A stretch of DNA of 61,315 bases, from the IMG/VR virus record IMGVR_UViG_3300043587_000032, positions 1 to 61,315 of that record. One strand, 5' to 3'. Under the pieces are notes generated by a model. It was given only the letters and a program-made list of their open reading frames with translations. It was not told the origin of the DNA and did not search any database. A program made the translations under genes and the position numbers. Below are positions 46,434-55,710 of this stretch, one piece after another. The DNA comes from a virus. Taxonomy: Duplodnaviria; Caudoviricetes. The first letter of the stretch is position 1; every line of letters starts with the position of its first letter.

Positions 46434-47062
46434 GAGTCGTCGCCGTCCTTCGCGTCCTCGGTGCACAGCGGCGGCGGATGGGCGCACCCGGTGGCGTAGC
46501 AGTCCTCACAGGGGTGGCCGATCGGGCGCGCATGGCCGGTGCCCTCGCAGGCCGTGCAGCATCCGCGCGGCGTGGGGTGCGGGTCCGGCGGGAGCTGGAG
46601 GTAGGGCGTAACGCGCAGGCCGGTGGCGTAGCCGATCTGCTTGCCCTCGAACTCGATCTTCACCGGGCCGTTGATGTGGCGCGACACGCCGGGCGCGTAG
46701 TACTCGGCCATCAGACGACCTCCGTCCATCCGCACCCCTGGCAGTGGCGGACCTTGCGGCGCCCGAGGTCTCGCAGGTGCCACGGTCCCCAGTTGCTGTA
46801 GCAGTGGCAGGACTCGCCGGTCTTCAGGCGGAAGACCAGGCGGCCCCATCGGTTGAGCAAGGCGAGGATCATTGGTCGGCTTCTCTCGTGGTCACTATCG
46901 CGGTGTGGGTCATGGTGTAGCCGATCGGCGTGAACGCGCCGACGCAGTACGGCCCGCCCAGCTGCTCGAACGGGACGTGCTTACGGTGGTTGACCTGCTC
47001 GGTGCGCCCGCAGAACGGGCACCAGTACAGCGTCACTGACGGCGGCGGGAGCGGTACGGCGG

Positions 47063-47542
47063 TCATGAGTCGAGGTGGATGGTCGTCGGCCAAAGTGAGC
47101 AAGACGGCCAGATCGGTTCGCCGTCAAGCACGACCTCGGTGAGTCGCCAATCCCCGCCCAAGACGTACCCGTCCTCACCCTGCTCGCCCTCGGTCACCGC
47201 GAAGGTGACAGGCACACCGTCCGAGCGTCCGTCAGCGCGGCCGGTGAGCTGGACCATCACCGACGGGGATGCGGCCTCCAGTTTCGCCACGTCCAAGACG
47301 CCGGTGCCGATCAGTCGCGGCCATCGGCCATAGGTCAGCATTCTCGTGCCCCGCCGGTCGGCGATCATGAGCGTGTCGAGCCTTCCAACCGCCGTCATCG
47401 TTCCGATTCCGTCATCTGGGCGCACCATCACCGGTACCGGCAGGTTCGCCCGCGGTTTGCCCGCCGGGCGCTTCAGCTCGCGGCCGTCGCTGGACTTGCG
47501 ATCCAGCCAGCCGAGAAGTACCTCGAACTCCAGGTAGCTCAT
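47063..47542 (-). CDS. Hypothetical protein resembling the protease domain
   Basis: SSDGREL..LPVPVM..VGRLD resembles TADGRFI..LPISIL..MGKLD. Confidence 0.5.
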   Translation of the reverse strand: MSYLEFEVLLGWLDRKSSDGRELKRPAGKPRANLPVPVMVRPDDGIGTMTAVGRLDTLMIADRRGTRMLTYGRWPRLIGTGVLDVAKLEAASPSVMVQLTGRADGRSDGVPVTFAVTEGEQGEDGYVLGGDWRLTEVVLDGEPIWPSCSLWPTTIHLDS

Positions 47543-48303
47543 GAGTGCTGGCTCCTGATCATCTCGACGTACGCGACCACCGAATTGGCCCGGCCGATGG
47601 CCTCGCTGTTGACCGCTTCGCCGCCGCCATGCGTCGCGCCGAACAGGATCTCTGCGTGGGTTCGGATGGCGCTGATTCGGAACTGCGCCTCCACCGGCCC
47701 GACCGGCTCGGTGAGGATGTGTGTCTCCGGCTCGCCCGGAGTCATCTCGACGACAGTGTCCGGCGCAGGATCTCCCATGACGGCGCGCGCGGTCGGCTCG
47801 GAAACCGACCGCCACTTGATCGGGGTGTCCCGGATCTCGCGAAGCTTCTCCTTGAAGGCCTCGTTCGACTTCGTCCACTCGGGCATGGCGCCATCGAAGT
47901 GTTCCGGACGCGTGAGGGCTGGCAATTCGTCGTGATACTGCTTCGGTACGCGGATGCCCCTGTATGACTTGGCGAACTCCATCAGTTGCTCATCTGTCTC
48001 AGGCGCGGGCACCCAGTCCTGTGCCGTCACCGGCCGCGGGTCGCTCAGGGCATCCTGAAGGTTGGCAATGTCTTCCGCGGCGTCGACCTTCTCGCCCGGC
48101 ATGCGCAGCGGCTCGCGAGGGCCGTAGATCTTCTCGAACTCCTCGCGCTCGACCCACTGTCGTCCGCCGGACCAGTCTTCGGCGACATACCAGATCGTCT
48201 CGCAGTCCGGGCACTGCCACCGGCGAGCAGCGCGCTTGAACCAGAACATCGGCATGCGGCACTCGTGCTCGACCGGGGCGGGCTCCTTCAGCCAGGGGCT
48301 CAC
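47539..48303 (-). CDS. Hypothetical protein with N-terminal zinc ribbon
   Basis: HEC..WQCPDC; coupled starts. Confidence 0.6.
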   Translation of the reverse strand: MSPWLKEPAPVEHECRMPMFWFKRAARRWQCPDCETIWYVAEDWSGGRQWVEREEFEKIYGPREPLRMPGEKVDAAEDIANLQDALSDPRPVTAQDWVPAPETDEQLMEFAKSYRGIRVPKQYHDELPALTRPEHFDGAMPEWTKSNEAFKEKLREIRDTPIKWRSVSEPTARAVMGDPAPDTVVEMTPGEPETHILTEPVGPVEAQFRISAIRTHAEILFGATHGGGEAVNSEAIGRANSVVAYVEMIRSQHS

Positions 48304-48566
48304 GGGTTGTCGATCCGCTCGTGCGAGCCGTCCAACTCGGTCGGCAATGTGGCCTTCCAGGCGTGGTAGCGGTCCATGATCTGGTCGGCTCGCCAGGTGG
48401 CCAGGATCCCGGCGAGCATGACGGCCATAATCAGCCAGCCGCCCGCTACGTCGCTGATGGTCAGGCGCGCGGCGAGCATGACGCTCCAGGCGGTTGCCCA
48501 GACCGGCCAGACGTAGCGGACGGCGTCGCGCATCGCCTTGAGGATGGATTTCGTTTTGTCCTGCAT
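48300..48566 (-). CDS. Two-TM membrane protein
   Basis: GAAGGA RBS; hydrophobic segments. Confidence 0.6.
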   Translation of the reverse strand: MQDKTKSILKAMRDAVRYVWPVWATAWSVMLAARLTISDVAGGWLIMAVMLAGILATWRADQIMDRYHAWKATLPTELDGSHERIDNP

Positions 48567-48591
48567 GATCGTTTCCTTCGCGGGTTGATGA

Positions 48592-48951
48592 TCAACTGAC
48601 GGGTGTTGCCGTGGGCCACGCGGCGGCCCGATTCGCCCACCGCGGCACCCAGCGCTTCAGGGTGGAGCCGCAACCGCATCCGCCGGTAGGCGTGATGACC
48701 ACTGTTCCGGCCTCCGTGTGGATGTCCACGCCGATCTGGTTCGCGGTCCAGTTCGGCTCGCCGGTCTCCGCGTGCCTGGCCATATCGAGCGGCGATTCCC
48801 AATCGGGACTGTCGCCGGACTCCGGCTTGGTGCGGAAGACCCGAAGGCCTGCGCTGGTGACGTAGACGCGGCACCGGTGCCAGACCTGGCCGGTGTCAAC
48901 GACCAGGACGGCGGCCGGGTACCACTGGCCGTAAGTCAGGATGTCGCTCAT
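48592..48951 (-). CDS. Conserved hypothetical protein
   Basis: GGCGCGS.LK motif. Confidence 0.6.
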   Translation of the reverse strand: MSDILTYGQWYPAAVLVVDTGQVWHRCRVYVTSAGLRVFRTKPESGDSPDWESPLDMARHAETGEPNWTANQIGVDIHTEAGTVVITPTGGCGCGSTLKRWVPRWANRAAAWPTATPVS

Positions 48952-48996
48952 CTAGTCATCGTAATCTATCCCCCTTCGAAAGGGGGCTGACACGCA

Positions 48997-49178
48997 GAAA
49001 TCCCCGACTCATCTCAGAGAGCGAGCCGGGGATTCCACGTCTACGGCTTGGGAGACTTGACCCCCTCCGATCACGGGCCTGTCCGCTGCGAGCTGCCCTG
49101 TCCTGATCGAGGGACTGGCGAACTTAGCGCGCTACGAGCCTGTTCCGGAGAGGTGGGGACTCTGAACCGTTGAACAAG
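48997..49178 (-). ncRNA. Candidate structured small RNA
   Basis: Own palindrome promoter (TTGCCC-N18-TAGGGT), several stems, terminator hairpin at 48998-49035, no real ORF. Confidence 0.45.
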
Positions 49179-49197
49179 GATGACCCTAGCATCCCCC

Positions 49198-49725
49198 CTA
49201 ACTGGGGGGCAACTCCTCCGATCGGATGAGTGCGCGCACCGTGTCGGCACGCATCTCCGTTTCGGCCCGCAGCTCCTCTACCGTGTCGCCGTCCACGTCG
49301 TGATCCTCACCAAGGCTGGCATACCGATTCGCCGCGTCGGCGAGGAGTGCGGCCTGCTCAATGAACGGGCCGAACGCAGCCGCCAGCCCATTGGCCGCGG
49401 CTGTCACCTGCTCGATGAGGCCACCGAGCCGGGCCTGAAGGTCCATGGCCAGGGCTGGCAGTCCCTCGACCTCGAGGCGTGGCCACGACGGCGAAGCGGC
49501 ACCGGATGCGCGCATTGACTGGAGATGCAGTTCGCGCAGGGTGTCGTGGTCGCCGGACCGCTTCGCCTGCTCGATGAGCTCGGATCGCGCCTGCATTGTC
49601 GCGGCGTCCCGCTCGGCCTGCGTCGCTTCGGACATCGAGCGAGGGAACGCCGGATGCTTGGTCGACTGCGCCTGATCGAACAAATTCGCTGCCCTCGCTT
49701 TGATCTTGCTGTGGATGTCACTCAT
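49198..49725 (-). CDS. Hypothetical helical protein
   Basis: AGGAG RBS; MSDIHSK start. Confidence 0.55.
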   Translation of the reverse strand: MSDIHSKIKARAANLFDQAQSTKHPAFPRSMSEATQAERDAATMQARSELIEQAKRSGDHDTLRELHLQSMRASGAASPSWPRLEVEGLPALAMDLQARLGGLIEQVTAAANGLAAAFGPFIEQAALLADAANRYASLGEDHDVDGDTVEELRAETEMRADTVRALIRSEELPPS

Positions 49726-49884
49726 CGTTTGTCGCTCCTGTTCCGTCGAGCACATTGGCCGGGTTGCACACGCAGATTTCGTCCTGGCACTCACACCCTT
49801 CCGTGGCGTCCGGCTCACTGTGATCGCACTCCGGGCAACGGAACGCTTCGGCCAGTCGGCCATGCATCCACTGGGCGAGGGTCT

Positions 49885-50121
49885 TCATCGGTAACTCCCT
49901 GATCGATTGCCACCCCTGCCCGCTTTCCAGGGCTTGGTGGACTTGCTGGACAGGTGGTAGTGGTTGCCGTCGCCCTTCGGGCATTTGTAGTACCCGGCCG
50001 GGGTGTAGAGCCGCTCGGGAAGTTCACCGGCCGCGAGCCTGCGCCAGATCGTCTCGAGCGCCGTGCGGGCTTCCCCGCCGGTGCGCCACGTTCCCGACTT
50101 CGGGATCCGGCAGGCCTTCAC
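49885..50121 (-). CDS. Small Cys/His protein
   Basis: YKCP..HYHLSSK; GTGA coupling. Confidence 0.5.
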   Translation of the reverse strand: MKACRIPKSGTWRTGGEARTALETIWRRLAAGELPERLYTPAGYYKCPKGDGNHYHLSSKSTKPWKAGRGGNRSGSYR

Positions 50122-50447
50122 GACGGGCCGGGCCGGTCTTCCAGCTCGCGCAGGCGGCATAGGACGGCGTTGAGGTCCGACGGCGTGATCGCCGCGGGCA
50201 GGCCGCCGGTGTCGAGGAGTGCGATCGGGTCATCCGAGTACGCGTGCTTCCGGCGCCACTCACTGAGAAAGAGGCGCAGGCGGGTGGCGGGCGCGGCGAG
50301 GTTGACGGCGACGGTCAAGATCAGTGCGAGCTCGTCGGCATGCAGGGTGATTTCGTCGTTGCCGGTCGTGGTCCGTCCGGCGTGCAGCCGCTCAACGCCG
50401 TCGGCGATTGCGTCGGCGGCTTCCTGCGTCCAGTTGAACATGATCAT
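50118..50447 (-). CDS. Hypothetical protein
   Basis: GGAGGA RBS. Confidence 0.55.
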   Translation of the reverse strand: MIMFNWTQEAADAIADGVERLHAGRTTTGNDEITLHADELALILTVAVNLAAPATRLRLFLSEWRRKHAYSDDPIALLDTGGLPAAITPSDLNAVLCRLRELEDRPGPS

Positions 50448-50663
50448 GGGCGTGTCCTCCGGGGATAGGGCCGGGCGGGAGGGTTCCCGCCCGGCTGGCT
50501 AGTCAGTCGAGGTCGAGCGCGCGGAGCATGGCCGCGTTCGCGTCTTTGATCTTCCCGGCTTCCTTGACGCGCTTCTCGGTGTCCTGGACCGCCTTGCCCT
50601 CTCGAGCGTCCCTCGGGGAGGTGGAGCGTCCGGCCTTGTCTTCGCTGCCCTTGCCGTTGCGAG

Positions 50664-50909
50664 TCATCGGAGGTCCTCAATCTGTGTGGTGTCGAGCGAG
50701 ACGCAGGCGTTGAACATCTCGCTAGGGGATGCCGTGCAGTTCGCGGCGATCGCGGTGCCGGTGACGACGTTGGTATAGGTGGCCATGTCGTGCACGAGCT
50801 CGATGCCGCCGATGAGCGCCATGATGAGCATGGCCGGGCCGACCAGCCAGATAACCAGGTCTTTGAGGATCGAGTTATGCGGCTTGGCGGTGCGGGCCGT
50901 GGTGCTCAT
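50664..50909 (-). CDS. Small membrane protein
   Basis: Single TM; downstream of the palindrome promoter at 50949-50977. Confidence 0.55.
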   Translation of the reverse strand: MSTTARTAKPHNSILKDLVIWLVGPAMLIMALIGGIELVHDMATYTNVVTGTAIAANCTASPSEMFNACVSLDTTQIEDLR

Positions 50910-51264
50910 CTGGAGTTCCGTTCGTCGCGGGACTTGCTGTCTCCAGTGATGTTACCCCCCAAAGTGGGGGGAGACAAGGGCCCTCGACCGGCGATCGGAA
51001 CAATTCTCGTAACGCCGTCTGGGTGTGGCCGCCCCACGTGCCGAACTCCTCGCGACGCTCCACCGCGCCCTGGAGGCACGCCAGCCTGATCGGGCAGTCC
51101 GTGCACATCGCCAAGGCGCGCTTGTTGTCCGCCGTGTAGGAGGAATCCGGGAACCAGGCATCCGGGTCGGCCTGCGCGCACACTGCACCCTGGTAGTCCT
51201 CCAGGGTGTGACCGATCTCGAAGTCCCACTTCAGGCGCTCTTCGTACGCGCCGATGCGCATCAC
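50875..51264 (-). CDS. whiB: WhiB-family transcription factor (second copy)
   Basis: AVCAQADPDAWFP..MCTDCPIR.AC..GTWGG. Confidence 0.88.
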   Translation of the reverse strand: MMRIGAYEERLKWDFEIGHTLEDYQGAVCAQADPDAWFPDSSYTADNKRALAMCTDCPIRLACLQGAVERREEFGTWGGHTQTALRELFRSPVEGPCLPPLWGVTSLETASPATNGTPDEHHGPHRQAA

Positions 51265-51539
51265 GATCGCCCATCAGGATCGGCGTCGAGCGCCTCGGTG
51301 AGCATGTCGCGCAACTCGCGCATGCTGGTCATGTCCAGCAGCGCAGGCATCGTGAGCGTGATCGGGGTGTCGCTGTTGAGGTGGCCGTGCAGGTAGAGCA
51401 CGCAGATCTTGTCTTCGGCGTGCCGCTCGACGCCGTCGTTGTCGATCGTGGCGGACACGCCCACGGCGGCGGTGACGGAATGAACGCACAGAGCGTTGAC
51501 GGGGATGTCCATGACGGAAGGACCGGGCAGGGGAGGCAT
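51261..51539 (-). CDS. Hypothetical protein
   Basis: AAGGAG RBS. Confidence 0.55.
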   Translation of the reverse strand: MPPLPGPSVMDIPVNALCVHSVTAAVGVSATIDNDGVERHAEDKICVLYLHGHLNSDTPITLTMPALLDMTSMRELRDMLTEALDADPDGRS

Positions 51540-51547
51540 CGGGCTCC

Positions 51548-51931
51548 TTAGGTGCGGCGTGCCGCGTGGGCGGCGTCGTTGTTGGGCGTGACCGAAGTCA
51601 GGTCGAGCGTGTCGGCATAGGTGCCGTACAGGAAGGTGATCTCCGCGCGGGCGATCTTCTCGAGGTCGCCGCGCTCATCCGGCCACAGTTCGAAGGTGAT
51701 CTTCGTGCCCTGGAAGTCGGCGAGGTACTCCTCCTTCTCGTCGGCGGTGAGCACCTGCCGCCACTGCGTGCCCTCGGGCTGCATCTCGGGCACCGGGGTC
51801 CAGACCTCGGTGGACGCGCGCCGTACCTCCTTCTCGCCAAACATCTCGTTGATGCGCCGGGCGATCTTGCGGGAGCCGGTACGGACCTTGCGCTTGAATC
51901 CGCGGTTCTTTGTTGCCTGCTTGCGGGTCAC
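51548..51931 (-). CDS. Hypothetical protein, basic N-terminus
   Basis: GAGGAAGGG RBS; palindrome promoter at 51963-51990. Confidence 0.55.
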   Translation of the reverse strand: MTRKQATKNRGFKRKVRTGSRKIARRINEMFGEKEVRRASTEVWTPVPEMQPEGTQWRQVLTADEKEEYLADFQGTKITFELWPDERGDLEKIARAEITFLYGTYADTLDLTSVTPNNDAAHAARRT

Positions 51932-51994
51932 GGGATGCCCTTCCTCGGTCGGGTGTGGCTCGATCTTACCCCCGGAATGGGGGGAAGGAAAGAA

Positions 51995-52031
51995 CCAGGC
52001 CCGCCCTCGGGGGAGGCGAGGGCGGGCCTGG
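51995..52031 (-). terminator. Intrinsic terminator
   Basis: CCAGGCCCGCCCTCG..CGAGGGCGGGCCTGG followed by TTCTTT. Confidence 0.75.
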
Positions 52032-52034
52032 AGA

Positions 52035-52499
52035 TCAGAAGTCGAGAACGTCGAGCGTCGCGGCCAGGCGTCCCGCGAAGTACTCACGGGTGAGCTCCAG
52101 CGCCTCGACGGTGCTGACGTACCACGCGGGCTGCGTGCGGTTCGCCCACTCGGCAACCAATCGCGCATTGGCCTCGGTGATGGCCACCTTCGCCAAAGCG
52201 GTGGTGGCTTCGTAGCCTTCCGCGCGGCGGGTGTCGATCACGCGCCAGTTCTCGCCGGTCTCGCGCTGCCAGAACGGGAGCTCCTGAACGCTGTAGCCGG
52301 TGGCGAGCGAGTGGCAGTGATCGGTGTTGCGGGCGTCGCACTCGCGCTGCGCGGCGGCCCGGTCGAAGTGAACGGCTACCCGCTGGTTGGTGACGTTGTC
52401 GAGAACCCGGTACTCGGTGCGGCCGGTCTGCGCGTTGGTCATCCACTCGACCGTGAAGCACTGGTTGCGGTCCTGAGCGGTGATGGTGGTGTTCGACAT
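52035..52499 (-). CDS. Hypothetical protein
   Basis: GGAGG RBS; bounded by a promoter and a terminator. Confidence 0.65.
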   Translation of the reverse strand: MSNTTITAQDRNQCFTVEWMTNAQTGRTEYRVLDNVTNQRVAVHFDRAAAQRECDARNTDHCHSLATGYSVQELPFWQRETGENWRVIDTRRAEGYEATTALAKVAITEANARLVAEWANRTQPAWYVSTVEALELTREYFAGRLAATLDVLDF

Positions 52500-52537
52500 C
52501 GGGGGCCTCCGTGGTTCCGGTCCGGGTTGGTGAAGCC

Positions 52538-52655
52538 AATCTATCCCCCCAAAGTGGGGGGTGTCAAGGAAAACCTTCGCGGCAGGGGTATGAATCTGCG
52601 GCGTGTCTCCCCCTCGGCTCTATCCCCCCAGGTTGGGGGGCCCTATCCTGAGCGC
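52538..52655. promoter_or_regulatory. Divergent control region with two C6-N5-G6 palindromes
   Basis: 52545-52561 in TTGACA..TAGATT (minus); 52624-52640 before TATCCT-N6-ATG (plus, transfer operon). Confidence 0.75.
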
Positions 52656-52865
52656 ATGAAGATACGAACCGCAATCGCAATTGCAGGGCTCACCCTGCTG
52701 GCGATCAACCTCATCGCGGGAGTCTCGATGCTCGCGGTCTGGATCATCGCCACCTACGCCGCGCACCTCCCCGTTCGGGACTACGTCGGCCGCCGGACCG
52801 GATTCGCCCGAGTCGATCTCATCGAGCCCACTGAGACCGTCGAGACCGCTGAGATCGGAGACTGA
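52656..52865 (+). CDS. Small membrane protein (Spd-like), first gene of the transfer operon
   Basis: 69 aa, hydrophobic N-half, leaderless. Confidence 0.6.
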   Translation: MKIRTAIAIAGLTLLAINLIAGVSMLAVWIIATYAAHLPVRDYVGRRTGFARVDLIEPTETVETAEIGD

Positions 52866-54480
52866 CCAATGCGCCTGCCCACGCTCCCCGTAACCCGCCT
52901 TCGGCTGTTCGCCACCCTGCCGGTTGCGTCCGCCGCCATCATCTCGTTCGACTCGGTCCGCCACCTTGCGGAGTCCGCCGGGTTCGGACCGCTCGCGTGG
53001 CTCTTCCCGCTCACCATGGACGCCGCCGTGGCGTTCGGTACGGACCTGTGGATTCGGCGAAAGCAGTCCGCCGCGATGAGCAAGGCGCGCGCACTCGCGC
53101 TCACCGTCATGGCCGGGTCGCTGGTCGCGAACACCGTGGACCACTACATGACCGGATCGATCCTGGGCGGTCTGCTGGGGGCGGTCCCGCCGACCGTGCT
53201 CGCCTGGATGTTGCTGGTCCTGCATCAGCACGGTCTAGGCGAAGCGGACCAGGATGCACCGGACCAGACAGACCGCTTCTCTGGTCCCGGACCGGTCGCC
53301 ATCTCCTACACGGTCCCGCGGTTCCTTGCGGTCCCGCGGTCCACGGTCCACGTCGAATCGGACCGCGCCATGGACGCGACGGTCCGAGAACTGGTCCAGA
53401 TCGTCCGGACCGACGGCGAGCCCGGTCCGGTCCCGAACTGGGAGAAGCCGGACCGGACCGGGCCACTGCCGCAGCCGCGTAAGCGGACCAGCGCCGCCCG
53501 GACCCCCGCCACCACGGTCCGGCGGTCCGCCACCGCGAAGGCGCCCGAGGACCGCGAGATCGTCGCGTGGATCTCGGACCAGCCGACGGCGCCGACCAAG
53601 CAGCAGATCATGGACCGCTACCCGATCGGGTCCGGGCGCGCCTTGCGCCTGCGGACCGCCGCCACCGCGAAGGAGTCGACCGATGAGTAAGGGCAAGCAG
53701 CAAGGCGGTGCGCTCGATATCGCCGCCGGTGCGCTGATGGCGAAGTTCTCCATCTGGGCACTGGGCAAGCTCGGCAAGGGCACCCGCCGCCTGGTCTTCC
53801 GGTGGCGGCGGGCCATCTCGCCGGTCCTGTTCGCCGGTCTCGTGTTCCTGCTCGCCGTGGTCCTGCGCGAGACGGTCCCGTGGCTTTGGTGGACCGCCGC
53901 GGTGCTGCCGGTCTGCGGCGGTCTGCTCGCCTACTTCGGACCGGTCCTGTCCGAGAGGTGGTCCGGTCTGGTTACGCGGCTGGTCCCGGCTGGCTTGGAC
54001 CGCGGCCGTGACGGCGTGCTGGACCGCCCGGTCGAGCGGATCTATCTCGCCGCGATGCTCACCACCATCGGGACCTACCTCGCGGTCCGGTGGGGTTTCG
54101 GTCCGAGCGAGTTCACCGGGTGGACCTGGAAGATCGGTCTGCTCGTGTTCGGCGGGTCCTGGTGGTACCACCGCCGCATCCGGACCGCCGGTCGCGCGGA
54201 CCGCGTTGCGAAGCGCTGGACCAAGTTCACGCGGTCCGACACGTGCCCGGCGAACCTGAAGCCGCTCGTCGGGTCCAAGGTCCTGAGTGCGACCGGCGAG
54301 GGTCGCAACTCGGTGCTGAAGGTCCGGGTTGCCGACGCCGGGACCGCCGCGAACGTCGAGCGTCTTGGCAACCCGCTCGCGGCGTATTTCAAGATGCGGC
54401 CGGGCTCGGTCCACATCAAGGGCGACATGGTGGACGCCGGGGTGGCCTGGTTCACCTTCATGCCGAAGGACCCGTGGTCG
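52790..54480. repeat. Dense GGWCC (GGACC/GGTCC) array
   Basis: About 57 sites by hand count in about 1.7 kb, 25 of them in 53240-53660. Confidence 0.85.
52869..53690 (+). CDS. DUF2637/Spd-like membrane protein with C-terminal HTH
   Basis: SFDSVRHLA..AWLFPLTMD..SLVAN..H..AVPP four-TM domain; TKQQIMDRYPIGSGRALRL HTH. Confidence 0.8.
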   Translation: MRLPTLPVTRLRLFATLPVASAAIISFDSVRHLAESAGFGPLAWLFPLTMDAAVAFGTDLWIRRKQSAAMSKARALALTVMAGSLVANTVDHYMTGSILGGLLGAVPPTVLAWMLLVLHQHGLGEADQDAPDQTDRFSGPGPVAISYTVPRFLAVPRSTVHVESDRAMDATVRELVQIVRTDGEPGPVPNWEKPDRTGPLPQPRKRTSAARTPATTVRRSATAKAPEDREIVAWISDQPTAPTKQQIMDRYPIGSGRALRLRTAATAKESTDE

Positions 54481-55596
54481 GGCAAGATCCCGCACCCGAT
54501 GCCCGAGCCGGGCTCGATCTCGCTGAAGTCGACCCGCGGCCGGTTCAAGATGGGGGAGCTCGCGAACGGCGACGACCTGATCTATCAGCTCCAGCACACC
54601 TTGGCCGTCGGCATGAACGGGTCCGGCAAGTCGATCTGGCTGCACGCGCTCATGGCCTGGCTGGTCGCCTGCTCGGACTGTCTGGTGGTCGCCATCGATA
54701 TGGCCGGTGGCGCGACTCTCACCGTGTGGCGTAAGGCGTTGAGTCTGCCCCTTGCGACTGACCTGGATTCGGCGATGGTGGTGCTGAACTCGGTGTTTGC
54801 GGTGATCGCGGATCGCGAGCGCCAGCTTGGCGTGGCTTCCGAACTCGATGATGACGCGGCCGACTCCTTCGAGCCGACGCGGGAAACGCCGTGGATGGTG
54901 TTGATCATCGATGAGTTCCCTGACCTGCTCGCGGAAGCGAAGACGGCCGGGGTCGAGAAGCAGGTGATCACCCTGCTCGGCCGGATCGCGAAGAAAGCCC
55001 GCAAGTGCGGAATCCGGCTGTTCTTCGCCAGCCAGAACGGCACCAAGGTCGACCTGGGCTCGAAGGAGCTTCAGGCGCAGCTCAGGGCCATTGTCGGACT
55101 CCAGCTCGACGTGCAGCAGAGTAAAAACCTGTGGGGCGAGCAGATGCGCATGGGGTGGAACTCGACGATCCTCCAGTCCGGACAGTTCCTGCTGAAGGAC
55201 GACGAACACACCATGCCCGCGATCGCGAAGGGTCTCTTCGTCGAGATGAAGGAGCGCCGCGAGCAGGCCAATAAGGCCTCTGAGCTGCACAAACAACTGG
55301 AGCCGTCAGCCAATGCCGCCTTGATCGGCATGGCGGGTTCATACCTGCCGCCGGAGATCGTGGTGCCCGCCGAGCCCGGCGATCCGATCCTGGAGTACCT
55401 GGCCACCGTCGATGGCACCGGCGCGCGGGCGGCCGACATCGTGGACCTAGTGCCCGGCGTGGGCTCGAAGGCCACCGTCTTCCGGCGGCTCGGGCGGCTG
55501 AAGGAGGAAGGGCTTGCGCACTCGCGCGGCGGCGTGTGGCACGCGGGGCCGGACACGCGTAACCCGCAGGACCGCGCGGACGAGTCCGCGGCGTAG
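53683..55596 (+). CDS. traB: TraB-like FtsK/SpoIIIE DNA translocase
   Basis: N-terminal TMs, GMNGSGKS Walker A, LIIDE Walker B, ARKCGI..ASQ, C-terminal wHTH (SKATVFRRLGRL..G.W). Confidence 0.85.
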   Translation: MSKGKQQGGALDIAAGALMAKFSIWALGKLGKGTRRLVFRWRRAISPVLFAGLVFLLAVVLRETVPWLWWTAAVLPVCGGLLAYFGPVLSERWSGLVTRLVPAGLDRGRDGVLDRPVERIYLAAMLTTIGTYLAVRWGFGPSEFTGWTWKIGLLVFGGSWWYHRRIRTAGRADRVAKRWTKFTRSDTCPANLKPLVGSKVLSATGEGRNSVLKVRVADAGTAANVERLGNPLAAYFKMRPGSVHIKGDMVDAGVAWFTFMPKDPWSGKIPHPMPEPGSISLKSTRGRFKMGELANGDDLIYQLQHTLAVGMNGSGKSIWLHALMAWLVACSDCLVVAIDMAGGATLTVWRKALSLPLATDLDSAMVVLNSVFAVIADRERQLGVASELDDDAADSFEPTRETPWMVLIIDEFPDLLAEAKTAGVEKQVITLLGRIAKKARKCGIRLFFASQNGTKVDLGSKELQAQLRAIVGLQLDVQQSKNLWGEQMRMGWNSTILQSGQFLLKDDEHTMPAIAKGLFVEMKERREQANKASELHKQLEPSANAALIGMAGSYLPPEIVVPAEPGDPILEYLATVDGTGARAADIVDLVPGVGSKATVFRRLGRLKEEGLAHSRGGVWHAGPDTRNPQDRADESAA

Positions 55597-55710
55597 TCGC
55601 AGAATCGCAGTCTCGCGCCACACCCGTAATGTGGGCAGACGTGAGACTGCGTGATTTTGAGATCAACATGCCCCCGGACCAGGGGGTTAGATCTGGAATC
55701 AGCGGTACAG

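Noticed and set aside
53254-53682. N-terminal 143 aa of the 780-aa ORF
   Set aside because: Overlaps the DUF2637-like gene; the ATG at 53683 with AAGGAG RBS is the plausible traB start
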